Source: Bacteroidota bacterium (GTDB lineage: Bacteria; Bacteroidota; Ignavibacteria; Kryptoniales; JAKASW01). Taken from it: a stretch of 64,000 nucleotides of DNA. Below, piece after piece: positions 8,769-19,241 of this stretch. Made by a program: the position numbers and the translations under genes. The stretch spans positions 712 to 64,711 of the forward strand of contig JAKAMG010000020.1 in the NCBI GenBank assembly GCA_021812985.1, written 5' to 3'. The stretch's first letter is position 1. Each line of letters opens with the position of its first letter. The notes beneath the pieces are model-generated. The model saw only the letters and a program-made list of their open reading frames with translations, did no database searches and was not told where the DNA came from.

Positions 8769-10610
8769 CTAGCTTTTCGATGCTTCTGCCCGCACTTTGG
8801 CCTGGTTGGCCAAGCGCTCCTGATCTTTGTACTGTAACTGATATAGCCTGAAGTAAATTCCTCCGAGGGCTATGAGCTCCTGGTGCGTCCCTTGTTCCCG
8901 GATCTCCCCCTTGTGGAGAACTATTATCTTTGAAGCGTGTTGAATTGTCGAAAGTCTGTGCGCTATTACGATGCTTGTGCGACCCTTGAGAAGGTTTGTC
9001 GTCGCTTGCTGTATAAGCTGTTCCGTCTCCGTATCGATGTTCGCTGTCGCCTCATCAAGTACAAGTATCCTGGGGTCGTGGGCGAGTGCGCGGGCAAATG
9101 AGATGAGCTGTTTCTGTCCAACCGAAAGGGCGGCCCCCCGTTCCTTGACATCTTCGCCGTATCCGTTCGGGAGTCGATCTATGAATTCGCCCGCTCCGAC
9201 CAGGGCCGCAGCCTCCTTAACTTTATCAAATGGTACGCCATCGTTTCCAAGGTCTACATTGTATTTCACGCTTCCAGAGAAAAGGAACACGTCCTGCATA
9301 ACTATCGCAATATTCCTGCGGAGGTCAGCCGTTGAAACGTTCCTGACGTCGTGTCCGTCGACGAAAACTCCTCCGCCGTTCACATCGTAAAAACGGAGGA
9401 GGAGGTTGACAATCGAGGTCTTGCCGGCGCCAGTCGCCCCGACAATCGCTACCGTCTCGCCAGGATTTGCCGTGAAGCTAATGTTCTTGAGGACGTGATT
9501 CTCCCCATCGTATGCGAATGTTACATCCTTGAACTCAATCCTACCGCGCACATTCTCGAAAGACTCCGGACTGACGGGTTCCTGCACCACGGTCTTGTCG
9601 TCTATAACCTTGAAGATTCTCTCGGAGGAAGCCATCGCCGTTTGCAGAATATTGTATTTTTCTGAAAGGTCTCGTATCGGCGTGAAGAATTGTTCTGTGT
9701 ATTGTAGAAACGCTATCAGGATACCGAGCGAAATGCCGCCGTGCGCCCTGAAGAATTCCTCGGATACGAGATGTGTACCTCCATACCAGATTATAAGTCC
9801 GACCGCGAAAGCGCTGGTGAGCTCGACGCCGGGATAAAACAGCGCGTAGTAGAACACCGACCTGACGTTGGCGTCCCTCAGCTTCGCGTCCACCTCGTCG
9901 AAACTCTTGAAGGCTCTTCTCTCGCGATTGTAAATCTGGTCTACTATCACTCCGGTTATATGCTCCTGAAGAAAAGCATTGATGCGGGCAATCAGAATCC
10001 TTATCTCCCTGTAAGAGCTTCTTACCTTCCTCCTGAAAAGCATCGTTATATAGAACAAGACCGGAAGGACGGTGAGTGTCACAAGTGCCAGTGGGACGCT
10101 AAGGCTGAACATGAAACTCAATATCCAAACGATCGTAAAGATATCCCCGAAGGCCATCACGATGCCGGATGAGAACAGATCGTTGAGCGCCTCAACGTCG
10201 TTCGTCACCCGCGTCACCAGCCTTCCGACTGGATTTCTGTCAAAGTACTTAATGCCGAGCCTCTGGAGATGAGAGAATATCTCCATCCTGATATCGTATA
10301 TGGTTTTCTGCCCAATCCACTGGGTTAAGTAGGCGGAACCGTAGCGGAGAAGAGCCTGCGCTGAAATGACTCCGAACAGAAGAAGTATGATATGGAAGAG
10401 CCCCCCTTCATTCCCCTTCTCGATGTAAGAGTCTATCGCGATCTTCGTCAGGTAAGGACGCAATGGTCCCATCCCCGAATACGCTATAGTGATGAGGACG
10501 GCCACCGCCACCTGTAACTTGTATGGTCTCAGGTAGTGGAGAAGCCGGCGCATCAGTCTGCCGTCGTAAGCCTTTCCGAGTATTTCTTCTTCGTGTATCT
10601 CTGTTGCCAT
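8769..10610 (-). CDS. ABC exporter, fused permease/ATPase half-transporter
   Basis: Six-helix TMD plus NBD. Walker A GATGAGKTS, signature LSVGQKQ, Walker B ILVLDEAT. The track ORF starts at 10700; the ATG at 10610 (MATEIHEE...) is preferred. Confidence 0.85.
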   Translation of the reverse strand: MATEIHEEEILGKAYDGRLMRRLLHYLRPYKLQVAVAVLITIAYSGMGPLRPYLTKIAIDSYIEKGNEGGLFHIILLLFGVISAQALLRYGSAYLTQWIGQKTIYDIRMEIFSHLQRLGIKYFDRNPVGRLVTRVTNDVEALNDLFSSGIVMAFGDIFTIVWILSFMFSLSVPLALVTLTVLPVLFYITMLFRRKVRSSYREIRILIARINAFLQEHITGVIVDQIYNRERRAFKSFDEVDAKLRDANVRSVFYYALFYPGVELTSAFAVGLIIWYGGTHLVSEEFFRAHGGISLGILIAFLQYTEQFFTPIRDLSEKYNILQTAMASSERIFKVIDDKTVVQEPVSPESFENVRGRIEFKDVTFAYDGENHVLKNISFTANPGETVAIVGATGAGKTSIVNLLLRFYDVNGGGVFVDGHDVRNVSTADLRRNIAIVMQDVFLFSGSVKYNVDLGNDGVPFDKVKEAAALVGAGEFIDRLPNGYGEDVKERGAALSVGQKQLISFARALAHDPRILVLDEATANIDTETEQLIQQATTNLLKGRTSIVIAHRLSTIQHASKIIVLHKGEIREQGTHQELIALGGIYFRLYQLQYKDQERLANQAKVRAEASKS

Positions 10611-10744
10611 TATTTTATGCTGAATTCCATTTCTGTTGTACTTCCACGAACCCCGGCGTCGTGTCGCTCCGACTATCCGATCGAACGAATCGGGGGGCAC
10701 ACTTCGCGCGACGCTTCCGCTCGAGCGCCACGTGTTTTCCGTAT

Positions 10745-11749
10745 TTACTTAACGACATTCGAAGGCGTTCCCGCCGAAAAAGAACAAATATTGTCCGCGG
10801 TTGTCTGAAGTATCCGTTCCACAGCCTCAACGCTGTCGAACGCGATATGCGGCGTGATGATGACGTTCTCCCTGTTAAGGAGGATGTTCTTCTCGAGGAC
10901 TGCCCTAAGATGCTCGACCGAGACATTTCTGGTGAGCATCTGATTCTCATCTTTCACCAGGTCCTCGCCTTCGAAAACGTCCAGCCCGGCTCCGCCGAAA
11001 ATGCCTGTCTCCAGCGCGTGATGCAATGCCTGAGGTTCGATGATCCCGGCGCGAGCAGTGTTGATGAACAAGGCGCCTTTCTTCACGAGACCAATGTTGT
11101 TCATGTTGATCAGGTGGTGCGTTGCCTTGTTGTAAGGACAGTGAAGAGATATGATGTCTGATTTCTTCAGGAGATCATCGAGGGGGGCGTAGCTGAATCC
11201 AAGCACCTCGGCCATGAAATGGTTCCGGTTGACGTCGAAGGCAATGACATTCATTCCGAAGCCCTTGGCAATCTTTATGACGTGCGACCCGATCCCGCCT
11301 GCGCCCACGACACCCAACGTCTTTCCCTTGATGTCCCATCCTTCGAGCCCCTTCGGGGAAAAATCGTTCCTCACGGTCCGGACGTAGGCTTTATGTATAT
11401 TTCTGGAGAGTGCCAGGATCAGACCGAAAGTGTGTTCCGCGACGGTATTCTCTCCGTAGTACGGAACATTCGATACAATTATCCCACGCTCTCCAGCGCA
11501 TTTCAGGTCGATGTGATTAAACCCTGTACTCCTTGTGGCGATTAGTTTCAGTTTAGGTAGCTTCGCAAGATTTGCCTTGTCGAGAATCGAGTAAATGAAG
11601 ACCGAAACCAGATCAGCGCCTTTCGCGGTCGAAATATTTTTGTCAGTCAGGGGCTCAGGGTAAAATTCCATTCGGAACTTACCGTTGAGGGCCTTCCTGA
11701 GAAATCTCTTATCCGTCGGCGTCACTTCGTAGAAATTTATCTTAAACAT
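10745..11749 (-). CDS. D-isomer-specific 2-hydroxyacid dehydrogenase (D-lactate dehydrogenase-like)
   Basis: GVVGAGGIGSHV NAD-binding fold; ITPHIAF catalytic His region. The ATG at 11749 (MFKINFYEV), 8 nt after the upstream ABC stop and preceded by GAGG, is preferred over the track start at 11854. Confidence 0.85.
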   Translation of the reverse strand: MFKINFYEVTPTDKRFLRKALNGKFRMEFYPEPLTDKNISTAKGADLVSVFIYSILDKANLAKLPKLKLIATRSTGFNHIDLKCAGERGIIVSNVPYYGENTVAEHTFGLILALSRNIHKAYVRTVRNDFSPKGLEGWDIKGKTLGVVGAGGIGSHVIKIAKGFGMNVIAFDVNRNHFMAEVLGFSYAPLDDLLKKSDIISLHCPYNKATHHLINMNNIGLVKKGALFINTARAGIIEPQALHHALETGIFGGAGLDVFEGEDLVKDENQMLTRNVSVEHLRAVLEKNILLNRENVIITPHIAFDSVEAVERILQTTADNICSFSAGTPSNVVK

Positions 11750-11756
11750 CCTCGCG

Positions 11757-13502
11757 TTACATCCTCCGCAGTTCTTCTTCAAGGAGCTGCCTGTTGTATA
11801 GATCCGTATAAATACCGTTTCGCAGGACAAGCTCGTCGTGAGATCCCGACTCAACGATCACTCCATCGTCAAGAACCACGATCATGTCCGCGTTCTTGAC
11901 AGTGGAAATCCTGTGACTGATGATAATGCTGGTTCTCTCCTTCATCACTTCCTTCAACCCGCGCAGGATTTCTTCTTCAGTATAAGTATCCACAGCAGAC
12001 AGCGCTTCGTCAAGTATAAGAATCCTCGGCCGCCTTATGATCGCCCGGGCTATGCCCACCCTCTGCTTCTGTCCCCCTGAGAGCGTTATTCCCCTCTCCC
12101 CGACCAGCGTGTCAAACCCCTTCGGAAAGGACTCAATGTCTTTGTAAATCTGGGAAATCTTTGCAGCCCACTCTATGTCTTCGGGACTTGCTGACTCGAC
12201 CCCGTACGCGATGTTGTTGGAAATAGTATCTGAGAAGAGGAAAGTCTCCTGCTGAACGTAGCCGATGTTCCGCCTCAAAACATCAATAGGAATCTTACTG
12301 ATCGGCACGCCGTCGATGAGGATCTCGCCGGAGGTGGCGTCAAAAAGTCTTGGTATCAAATTAACTATCGTTGATTTGCCGGTCCCAGTCCTCCCCACTA
12401 TTGCCAGCGTAAGGCCCTTCGGGATTCCGAGATTTACATTCCTCAGCGCGTAATCCTCCTTGGACGGGAATCTGAAGGAGACTCCGCGGAACGAAATGGC
12501 CCCTTCCAGTTCCGTGATGGACCTGTCCGTTTCCGTCGAATCTTTTATTTCAGGCTGAGTGTCGAAAATCTTGTTAAGCCGCCCCATTGAGGCCGCGCCA
12601 CGCTGGAATATATTCACCACCCATCCGAACGCTATCAAAGGCCACGTAAGCATGCCGAGGTAGATCAGGAACGATACCATTGTGCCAAGTGACAGCTTAC
12701 TCGTTATGACATCGAACCCGCCTCGCCATAAAACTATGACAGTCGCCGCGCCGGTAAGCATCCCCATGAGAGGCCAAAGAAGTGACTGAATCTGAGCGAG
12801 CGTCAAATTCCTATTCATATAATTGAGGCTCATGGTCCGGAACTGCCCCTTCTCGTGTTCCTCCCGAACGTACGACCGGACTACTCTGATACCGGCTATG
12901 CTTTCCTGGGCACGCGCTGTCAGGTCGCTGTACTGTGCTTGCACGGATTCAAAGTGCTTGTTCACCAATTTTCCCAGGTAGTAAACTCCCGCCGAGACGA
13001 ATGGAAGCGGAATTAAGGAAAAGAGTGTCAACTTCACGTCTATCGAGAACATTATGGATATCACCATCACAAAGCCAACAACAGTGTCGGAAGTGTACAT
13101 GATACCCGGTCCGAGAACGTTCCTGACGGCGGATATGTCGTTTGTTCCATGCGCCATCAAATCGCCCGTCGGCATGTTCAGAAAATACGAATAGGAAAGC
13201 TTCTGTATGTGACTGTAGAAATCGTTCCTGAGGTCGTACTCAATCTTGCGGGAAGTGACTATTATGGTTTGTCTGGTTAAGAAAGTAAAGAAGCCGCTGA
13301 GGAAGGTGGTGCTAATTATAAGCGCGGCGTATTCGAGCAGCTTCCAAGATGATGGCTCCCGCTTGAGCTGGTCGATCGTGCTCCCGACGATCAGCGGTAC
13401 GAAGACCGAAAATAGATTGGAAAGTAGCACGGTGAGAATGCCGAGATAGAGCGTCCTCTTGTATTTCTTGAGATAAGGTAAGAGTCGTACGAGGTGCTTC
13501 AT
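11757..13502 (-). CDS. ABC exporter, fused permease/ATPase half-transporter
   Basis: 581 aa. Walker A GRTGTGKST, signature LSGGQKQR, Walker B ILILDEAL. The start lies 2 nt after the serS stop. Confidence 0.85.
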   Translation of the reverse strand: MKHLVRLLPYLKKYKRTLYLGILTVLLSNLFSVFVPLIVGSTIDQLKREPSSWKLLEYAALIISTTFLSGFFTFLTRQTIIVTSRKIEYDLRNDFYSHIQKLSYSYFLNMPTGDLMAHGTNDISAVRNVLGPGIMYTSDTVVGFVMVISIMFSIDVKLTLFSLIPLPFVSAGVYYLGKLVNKHFESVQAQYSDLTARAQESIAGIRVVRSYVREEHEKGQFRTMSLNYMNRNLTLAQIQSLLWPLMGMLTGAATVIVLWRGGFDVITSKLSLGTMVSFLIYLGMLTWPLIAFGWVVNIFQRGAASMGRLNKIFDTQPEIKDSTETDRSITELEGAISFRGVSFRFPSKEDYALRNVNLGIPKGLTLAIVGRTGTGKSTIVNLIPRLFDATSGEILIDGVPISKIPIDVLRRNIGYVQQETFLFSDTISNNIAYGVESASPEDIEWAAKISQIYKDIESFPKGFDTLVGERGITLSGGQKQRVGIARAIIRRPRILILDEALSAVDTYTEEEILRGLKEVMKERTSIIISHRISTVKNADMIVVLDDGVIVESGSHDELVLRNGIYTDLYNRQLLEEELRRM

Positions 13503-13504
13503 GC

Positions 13505-14791
13505 CTACCCGATCACTGTAAAGCCAGTGTATTTGTGGAGCGCTTTCGGGACGATGACCTTCCCCTCCGGTGTCTGATAATTCTCGAGCAGAGCCACCAT
13601 TAACCTTGAAGTTGCAAGTCCGGAGCCATTCAGAGTGTGTACGAATTCCGGCTTTGCCTTTGGATCACGCTTGAACCTTATGTTCGCGCGGCGTGCCTGA
13701 AAACTCTCGAAGTTTGAGCAGCTCGATGCTTCAAGCCATCCTTCTCTTGCTTCTGTCGCAGGAGCAAAGACTTCGATATCATAGCACTTCGCGGCCGAGA
13801 AGCTTAGATCCCCGGTGCATAGAAGCATCACCCTGTAAGGAATGTTCAGAAGCTGCAGGACTTCCTCAACATCGGCCACAAGTTTCTCAAGTTCATCGTA
13901 AGATTCCTCGGGTTTGACCATCTTAACGAGTTCAACCTTGTTAAACTGATGGACCCGCAGAAAACCTCTGGATTCTTTCCCCCAACTCCCTGCCTCTCTC
14001 CTGAAACAGGCGGAGTATGCGGCGTATTTGACAGGAAGCTGTTCAACCGGCACAACTTCGTCGCGCCTGAGGTTCGTGACAGGGACTTCAGCGGTCGGAA
14101 CGAGGTATAAATCGTCTACCTCGCAGTGGTACATATCTTCGGCCATCTTCGGAAGCTGGCCTGTCCCGCGCATCGAAGCCTGGTTCACAACGAATGGAGG
14201 GAACACTTCCGTGTAACCATGTTTGCTGACGTGCAGATCAAGCATGAAGTTTATTAGCGCCCTCTCTAGAGCAGCGCCCTTGCCGACGTAGACCGGGAAA
14301 CCCGCGCCGGAGATTTTGCTCCCCCTGCTGAAATCCAGTATTCCCAGTTTCTCGCCCAATGTCAGATGGTCGATGAGTTTGAAGTCGAAATCAGCTGCGG
14401 CCTTCACATCACCCCAGTGCCTCACTTCGGTATTGTCCTCGGAACTCTTCCCTTTAGGAACGGACGTATGCGGCATGTTGGGCACAAACATAAGGAGCTC
14501 ATTCAGCTCCTCCTCAACCCCCTTCAGACTATCTTCGAGTCCCTTGAGTGAATCGCCTTTCGCTTTTCCGGCCGCTATTAGATCGGCGGCATCTTTTCCC
14601 TGCTGCTTGAGTCTGGCAACCTCTCCCGCTATCTGGTTACGTTCGTTCTTGATCGACTCCGATTTTTGGAGGAGCTCTCTGCGCTCCCCGTCAAGCCGCA
14701 AAATCTCGTCAACGCGATCCTTTTCCCTCTTACTGGCTATTGCCTCTTTTACCGCCTGAGGATTCTCTCGAATAAATTTTAGGTCGAGCAT
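13505..14791 (-). CDS. serS: Seryl-tRNA synthetase
   Basis: 428 aa. N-terminal coiled-coil arm and class II core ([16 protein letters not shown]). Confidence 0.95.
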   Translation of the reverse strand: MLDLKFIRENPQAVKEAIASKREKDRVDEILRLDGERRELLQKSESIKNERNQIAGEVARLKQQGKDAADLIAAGKAKGDSLKGLEDSLKGVEEELNELLMFVPNMPHTSVPKGKSSEDNTEVRHWGDVKAAADFDFKLIDHLTLGEKLGILDFSRGSKISGAGFPVYVGKGAALERALINFMLDLHVSKHGYTEVFPPFVVNQASMRGTGQLPKMAEDMYHCEVDDLYLVPTAEVPVTNLRRDEVVPVEQLPVKYAAYSACFRREAGSWGKESRGFLRVHQFNKVELVKMVKPEESYDELEKLVADVEEVLQLLNIPYRVMLLCTGDLSFSAAKCYDIEVFAPATEAREGWLEASSCSNFESFQARRANIRFKRDPKAKPEFVHTLNGSGLATSRLMVALLENYQTPEGKVIVPKALHKYTGFTVIG

Positions 14792-14816
14792 TTTCTCTTG
14801 TTTTCCTGTCTTTGCT

Positions 14817-15719
14817 TCAGTTGATTACACCAGCTTGTTTCATCTGCCGCTTCATTATCGTCAGTGAGTCTTCCACAGTCGGCATTTTCAGCCCGAGCTC
14901 AGTCTGAGCCTTAAGGCAGACAAAACTTGAATTCATTGGGCGCTTGGCCTTCTGATTCAGTTTGTCGCTGGTCATCTGAGAGATGAGTCCCGGATCATGA
15001 CCGAACACCGCGGCGATTTTCCTGGCGAATTCGAAGCGAGACATCACGTCGAAGCCGCTAACATGATAGAGGCCTTTCGCGTTTCGCTCCACGACTTTCA
15101 GCACGGCGTAAGCAAGTTCGTCCGCAAGGGTTGGGTTGCCTACCTGATCCGTGACAACCGAAAAACCTGCTCCCTCTTTAAGTTTATCAAGCACCCAGAG
15201 TACAAAATTCTTCTTGATACCTTTTCCAAAACCGTAAAGGACCTGAGTTCTCAGTATCGCCAGGTCCTCCAATTGTGCCTTCGCGAGATTCTCGCCTGCC
15301 AGCTTCGTCTTCCCGTAATAACCGAGCGGATCGGGGAGCGAGTTCTCCTCGTAATTACCTTTCTGGCCGTTGAACACGTAATCGGTAGAAATATGGACGA
15401 GTTTCGCGTTGAATACGTTCGCGGCTTCGGCAAGATGTCCGACTGCCGTCGCGTTGACCTTATAGGCGAGTTCCCTTTCGGTTTCTGCGCGGTCGACGTC
15501 CGTAAATGCCGCCGCGTTGACAATCACCGACGGCCTGAGCTCTGCTACACAATCCATGACTTTCTGGCGCTCGGTTATGTCGAGCGAGATGAGCGAATCG
15601 TTGTTCCCCGAAAGCTCGGAAGCCACAATCGCGTATTCCGATTCCCTCTTGAAGACCTCGACAAGCTTCTGGCCGAGCAACCCGCCAGCCCCGACAATCA
15701 GAATCCCATTTTCAGACAT
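14817..15719 (-). CDS. rfbD: dTDP-4-dehydrorhamnose reductase
   Basis: [11 protein letters not shown] Rossmann motif; [12 protein letters not shown]; STDYVF. The ATG at 15719 overlaps the upstream stop (ATGTCTGA). The track start at 15746 is also possible. Confidence 0.85.
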   Translation of the reverse strand: MSENGILIVGAGGLLGQKLVEVFKRESEYAIVASELSGNNDSLISLDITERQKVMDCVAELRPSVIVNAAAFTDVDRAETERELAYKVNATAVGHLAEAANVFNAKLVHISTDYVFNGQKGNYEENSLPDPLGYYGKTKLAGENLAKAQLEDLAILRTQVLYGFGKGIKKNFVLWVLDKLKEGAGFSVVTDQVGNPTLADELAYAVLKVVERNAKGLYHVSGFDVMSRFEFARKIAAVFGHDPGLISQMTSDKLNQKAKRPMNSSFVCLKAQTELGLKMPTVEDSLTIMKRQMKQAGVIN

Positions 15720-16614
15720 GTGCTCCTGCTCTGTAAATTTCGACAAGCTTGTTTGGTCCCGCCACGCTTACCTTTACGGATGCCATCTGCATCCCTTCCA
15801 AAGCGGCAACTAGATAATCCCTGCCCAGCACGAGGGCGTGCAGAAAGGCGGCGCCGAAAACATCTCCCCCACCTGTCGGGTCGACAACATTCACGCCCTT
15901 CGCGGGAAGATAATGTTCCTTCGTTTCACCACGCGTCCGTTCGAAAAGTGAAAGTCCCTTCTCCGCAAGCGTGATAACCAGAGCCTTGGCTCCGGCATCG
16001 AGGACACGTTCGGCAAGCTGCAGGTGACTTGAAACCTCCTGATCGATGACGGACGCCTCATCTTCATTGAGCTGCACGGTGTCTGCACACTTAACCCATT
16101 CGAGATAATCTTCCCTCGGAGCTCTGACACGCTTGCCATCTGGCTCGTGCTTCATTACAATGTTGTGAAGGTCAAGATGAATTCTGCTGTCCCGCGCGCT
16201 CCATCTTAACTCACGAAGAGTGTCGAGAGTGACATCATGCCCACTGATAAGATTAACGTGAATTCCTTCAGCTGGCAGGAATGGCCTAATCTTCTCAAGC
16301 GGGGTAGGTTCTATCGGAGCCGTGCTGCACTCCCACCTGTGGTTATCATCTTCGTAAAAAAGGTCGACGCGCCTTGTAGGGGCACCCACTTCGTAAACTC
16401 CGGACATGTTCACGCCGTCCAGCTGACTGAACAGGTTTTCAAAGTAGGATGCGTCGGCCCTGTGAAGTCCCACGACCGGGAAAGTTTCGATGCCGTCTTC
16501 CAGAATCCCGCCCGCAACTATCGCGTAGGATATACCTCCCGGCTCGTTGTAGACTCTCCCGTCAGCTTTGTGTATGACGTCGATGCAAGGTTCGCCTATT
16601 ACGAGAATTCTCAA
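15712..16614 (-). CDS. PfkB-family carbohydrate kinase
   Basis: 300 aa. C-terminal DPTGGGDVFGAAFL matches the PfkB DTxGAGD signature. Substrate not assignable. Confidence 0.75.
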   Translation of the reverse strand: MRILVIGEPCIDVIHKADGRVYNEPGGISYAIVAGGILEDGIETFPVVGLHRADASYFENLFSQLDGVNMSGVYEVGAPTRRVDLFYEDDNHRWECSTAPIEPTPLEKIRPFLPAEGIHVNLISGHDVTLDTLRELRWSARDSRIHLDLHNIVMKHEPDGKRVRAPREDYLEWVKCADTVQLNEDEASVIDQEVSSHLQLAERVLDAGAKALVITLAEKGLSLFERTRGETKEHYLPAKGVNVVDPTGGGDVFGAAFLHALVLGRDYLVAALEGMQMASVKVSVAGPNKLVEIYRAGAHV

Positions 16615-16625
16615 AGTCTCGGTCC

Positions 16626-17021
16626 TCAGTGCTTGTAGACCTTTGCAGGGTCGAACACTTTGACGCCCACATCAACCAGCTCACCGCCTTCCAGCTTCCT
16701 GTAGAAGCATGACCGGTTGCCAGTGTGACAGGCCGCTCCGCCGATCTGTTCCACCTTCATGACAACAGCATCCGCGTCGCAGTCAATCAGAATCTCCTTA
16801 ACGTTCTGGACGTTACCGGACTCTTCACCCTTGTGCCAGAGCTTCTTCCTTGACCTGCTCCAGTACACGGCGTGGCCGGTTTCCACAGTCATCCTGAAAC
16901 TCTCTGCATTCATGTGAGCAAGCATCAGTATCTCGCCCGTTTTCTGGTCCTGCGCCACCGCCGTAAGCAAACCGTTGTCGTCAAACTTCAGCTGAGCTAT
17001 TATTTCTTCCAAGTTCTTCAT
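16626..17021 (-). CDS. hisI: Phosphoribosyl-AMP cyclohydrolase
   Basis: 131 aa. [18 protein letters not shown] motif. ATGA overlap with the hisF stop. No HisE domain is fused. Confidence 0.9.
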   Translation of the reverse strand: MKNLEEIIAQLKFDDNGLLTAVAQDQKTGEILMLAHMNAESFRMTVETGHAVYWSRSRKKLWHKGEESGNVQNVKEILIDCDADAVVMKVEQIGGAACHTGNRSCFYRKLEGGELVDVGVKVFDPAKVYKH

Positions 17022-17833
17022 ACTCTTACACTAACACCTTTTTCCGATAAATAGTTTTTTACATCCCTGATCTTAAACTTGCCAAAGTGGAACACCGAGG
17101 CGGCAAGGACCGCGTCAGCATTCCCGTCCGTGATGGCACGATAGAAATGGTCGAGCGTTCCGGCTCCGCCGCTCGCAATGACTGGCACGTTCACCGCAGA
17201 GGTTATTTTCTTGAGCATATCGATATCGTAACCCGAGTTTGTGCCATCCTTGTCTATGCTCGTGAGTAGGATTTCACCGGCCCCGCAAGACGTCGCGTAT
17301 TTAGCCCAGCCTACGGCGTCCAGACCTGTCGGGGTTCTTCCTCCGTTAACGTAAACCTCGTACTCTTCAGGAGCGCCCACTTCTCCGACAAGCGCAGCCT
17401 CGCCGATCTTTGTCTCGGATCCCGCACCCGTCGTCCTCCTCGCATCTATGGCAACAACAATACACTGAACACCAAACTCCTTCGCTCCTTCGACAATCAA
17501 TCCAGGATGCCTGACTGCGGCCGTGTTGAGGCTGACCTTGTCCGCTCCGTTGGAGAGCATCCTGCGCATGTCATCCACCGTGCGTATCCCTCCGCCCACG
17601 GTGAGAGGCAGGAAAATCGTCTCCGCCGTTCTCCGAACGACATCGAGCATCGTGGAGCGGTTGTCAACGCTCGCCGTGATATCCAGGAAAACAATTTCAT
17701 CTGCCCCCTCCCGTTCGTAGAATCGGGCCGATTCGACAGGATCTCCCGCATCTGTGAGGTTGACGAAATTGATTCCCTTCACTACCCGCCCGGCATTGAC
17801 ATCAAGACAGGGTATAATTCTCTTGGCTAACAT
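17018..17833 (-). CDS. hisF: Imidazole glycerol phosphate synthase, cyclase subunit
   Basis: [25 protein letters not shown]. The ATG at 17833 is preferred over the track start at 17890. Confidence 0.95.
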   Translation of the reverse strand: MLAKRIIPCLDVNAGRVVKGINFVNLTDAGDPVESARFYEREGADEIVFLDITASVDNRSTMLDVVRRTAETIFLPLTVGGGIRTVDDMRRMLSNGADKVSLNTAAVRHPGLIVEGAKEFGVQCIVVAIDARRTTGAGSETKIGEAALVGEVGAPEEYEVYVNGGRTPTGLDAVGWAKYATSCGAGEILLTSIDKDGTNSGYDIDMLKKITSAVNVPVIASGGAGTLDHFYRAITDGNADAVLAASVFHFGKFKIRDVKNYLSEKGVSVRV

Positions 17834-17861
17834 AAAAGTTGCTCCAGCACGCCGTGGATTT

Positions 17862-18626
17862 CTAGTGTCTCCTCGTGGGGCCGAGATCATCGAGCACTCG
17901 CTCGTTCAGCCGCCAGAGCTCAACACAAGGGAATCTATTCTCATAGAGGGCCTTTCCCACGATCACGGAATCGACACCGTACGGCTCAAGCTCCTGAAGG
18001 TGTATGAGGTCCTCGTACGATTTCACTCCGCCTGAGGCGGTCACTCGCAGCCCGGTCGTTACCGCGAACTCTTTCATCGCCTCGATGTTGGCACCCTTCA
18101 GTGTTCCATCACGAGAGATGTCAGTGTATATCACCCTGGCGACTCCCTTGTTCTTCAAATGTTTCCCGAGTTCAACCGCGTTGACGCCGCCAGAGTTTTG
18201 CCATCCCTTAATCTGAACAATTCCGTCCAGCATATCTATACCCACCGCAATTCTACGGGGGCCGTACTCCTGAAGCAGCCTGAAAAGGAGTTCCTCGTCC
18301 TCTACTGCGGCCGTGCCAATTATGGCTCTATAGATTCCGATGTCAAACGCTTCCTTCACCATTTCGTAGGTACGAAGCCCTCCACCGAATTCAACAGGTA
18401 TGTCCACCGCATCGACGATCGCCTTTAATGCCGGGAAGTTGACAGACCTTCCCTCAAATGCGCCGTCAAGATCGACGACGTGGAGCGCTTTGAAATTCTC
18501 GCCGCGCCAGACAATCGCCATCCTCGTGGGATCATCCGAATAGATCTTCTCGGTCCCCGCCTCACCTTTAACGAGCCTTACACATTTTCCCTGTCTTAGA
18601 TCTATTGCGGGAATTACAAGTATCAT
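17862..18626 (-). CDS. hisA: ProFAR isomerase
   Basis: 254 aa. [32 protein letters not shown]. Confidence 0.9.
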   Translation of the reverse strand: MILVIPAIDLRQGKCVRLVKGEAGTEKIYSDDPTRMAIVWRGENFKALHVVDLDGAFEGRSVNFPALKAIVDAVDIPVEFGGGLRTYEMVKEAFDIGIYRAIIGTAAVEDEELLFRLLQEYGPRRIAVGIDMLDGIVQIKGWQNSGGVNAVELGKHLKNKGVARVIYTDISRDGTLKGANIEAMKEFAVTTGLRVTASGGVKSYEDLIHLQELEPYGVDSVIVGKALYENRFPCVELWRLNERVLDDLGPTRRH

Positions 18627-19241
18627 CTACACTCTCAAAAAATTTTCCAATATCTTCAAACCAAAATTCTGACTCTTCTCCGGATGGAACTGTATCCCGA
18701 AGATGTTTCCGCTTTCGACCACCGCGGGAAAAGGGATTCCATAATCGGTGGAACCGGCAACGAATGAATCGTCAGTCCTTACATAATACGAATGCACGAA
18801 ATACGCGTAATCGTTATCTCTCGTGCCGTGGAAAAGAGTGGAATCCTTCCTGAACCCGACCTGGTTCCAACCCATGTGCGGGACCTTCAGACCACTGCCA
18901 GACGGGAACTCCACCACATCTCCGTGCACCAGGCCGAGTCCGGCATGTTTTCCCTGCTCGTAACTCACATCGAACATAAGCTGCATGCCGAGGCAGATTC
19001 CTATGAGAGGCTTGCCGCTCCTCCCGAACTGACACAGGACCTCGCGGAGACCAAGCGACTCAATGTTCCTCATCGCTGCGCCGAAAGCGCCCACGCCAGG
19101 CAGGACAACACGGTCTGCATTGTTTATGACTTCCGCATCCTGTGTCATCTCAACCTCCGCGCCAACTTTCTGGAGCGCTTTGACAATCGAGAGGAGGTTG
19201 CTGGTCCGGTAATCGACGACCGCAACCTTAGATGCTTTCAT
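18627..19241 (-). CDS. hisH: Imidazole glycerol phosphate synthase, glutaminase subunit
   Basis: VLPGVGAFG, GICLGMQ (catalytic Cys), FHPEKS. An ATG at 19241 or a TTG at 19250 is possible; both overlap the proC 3' end. Confidence 0.9.
   Translation of the reverse strand: MKASKVAVVDYRTSNLLSIVKALQKVGAEVEMTQDAEVINNADRVVLPGVGAFGAAMRNIESLGLREVLCQFGRSGKPLIGICLGMQLMFDVSYEQGKHAGLGLVHGDVVEFPSGSGLKVPHMGWNQVGFRKDSTLFHGTRDNDYAYFVHSYYVRTDDSFVAGSTDYGIPFPAVVESGNIFGIQFHPEKSQNFGLKILENFLRV

Noticed and set aside
14997-15974. 325-aa plus-strand ORF. Similar long antisense ORFs occur at 10523-11161, 24148-24879, 25258-25938, 35797-36363, 38558-39136, 41711-42370, 42791-43357, 44068-44700, 54320-54982 and 55655-56293.
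   Set aside because: Each lies entirely opposite a gene with unmistakable family motifs (rfbD/PfkB, ldh-like dehydrogenase, clpB, PPIase, GH20, hbd, thiolase, rho, crotonase, nucleotidyltransferase). Their translations are low-complexity and Arg/Ser/Pro-rich. They are shadow ORFs typical of moderately GC-rich DNA.
17350-17445. Apparent insertion of about 15-20 aa in HisF ([24 protein letters not shown]) relative to the Thermotoga HisF sequence as I remember it.
   Set aside because: The comparison is from memory only. It falls in a loop region known to vary, and there is nothing functional to infer without an alignment.
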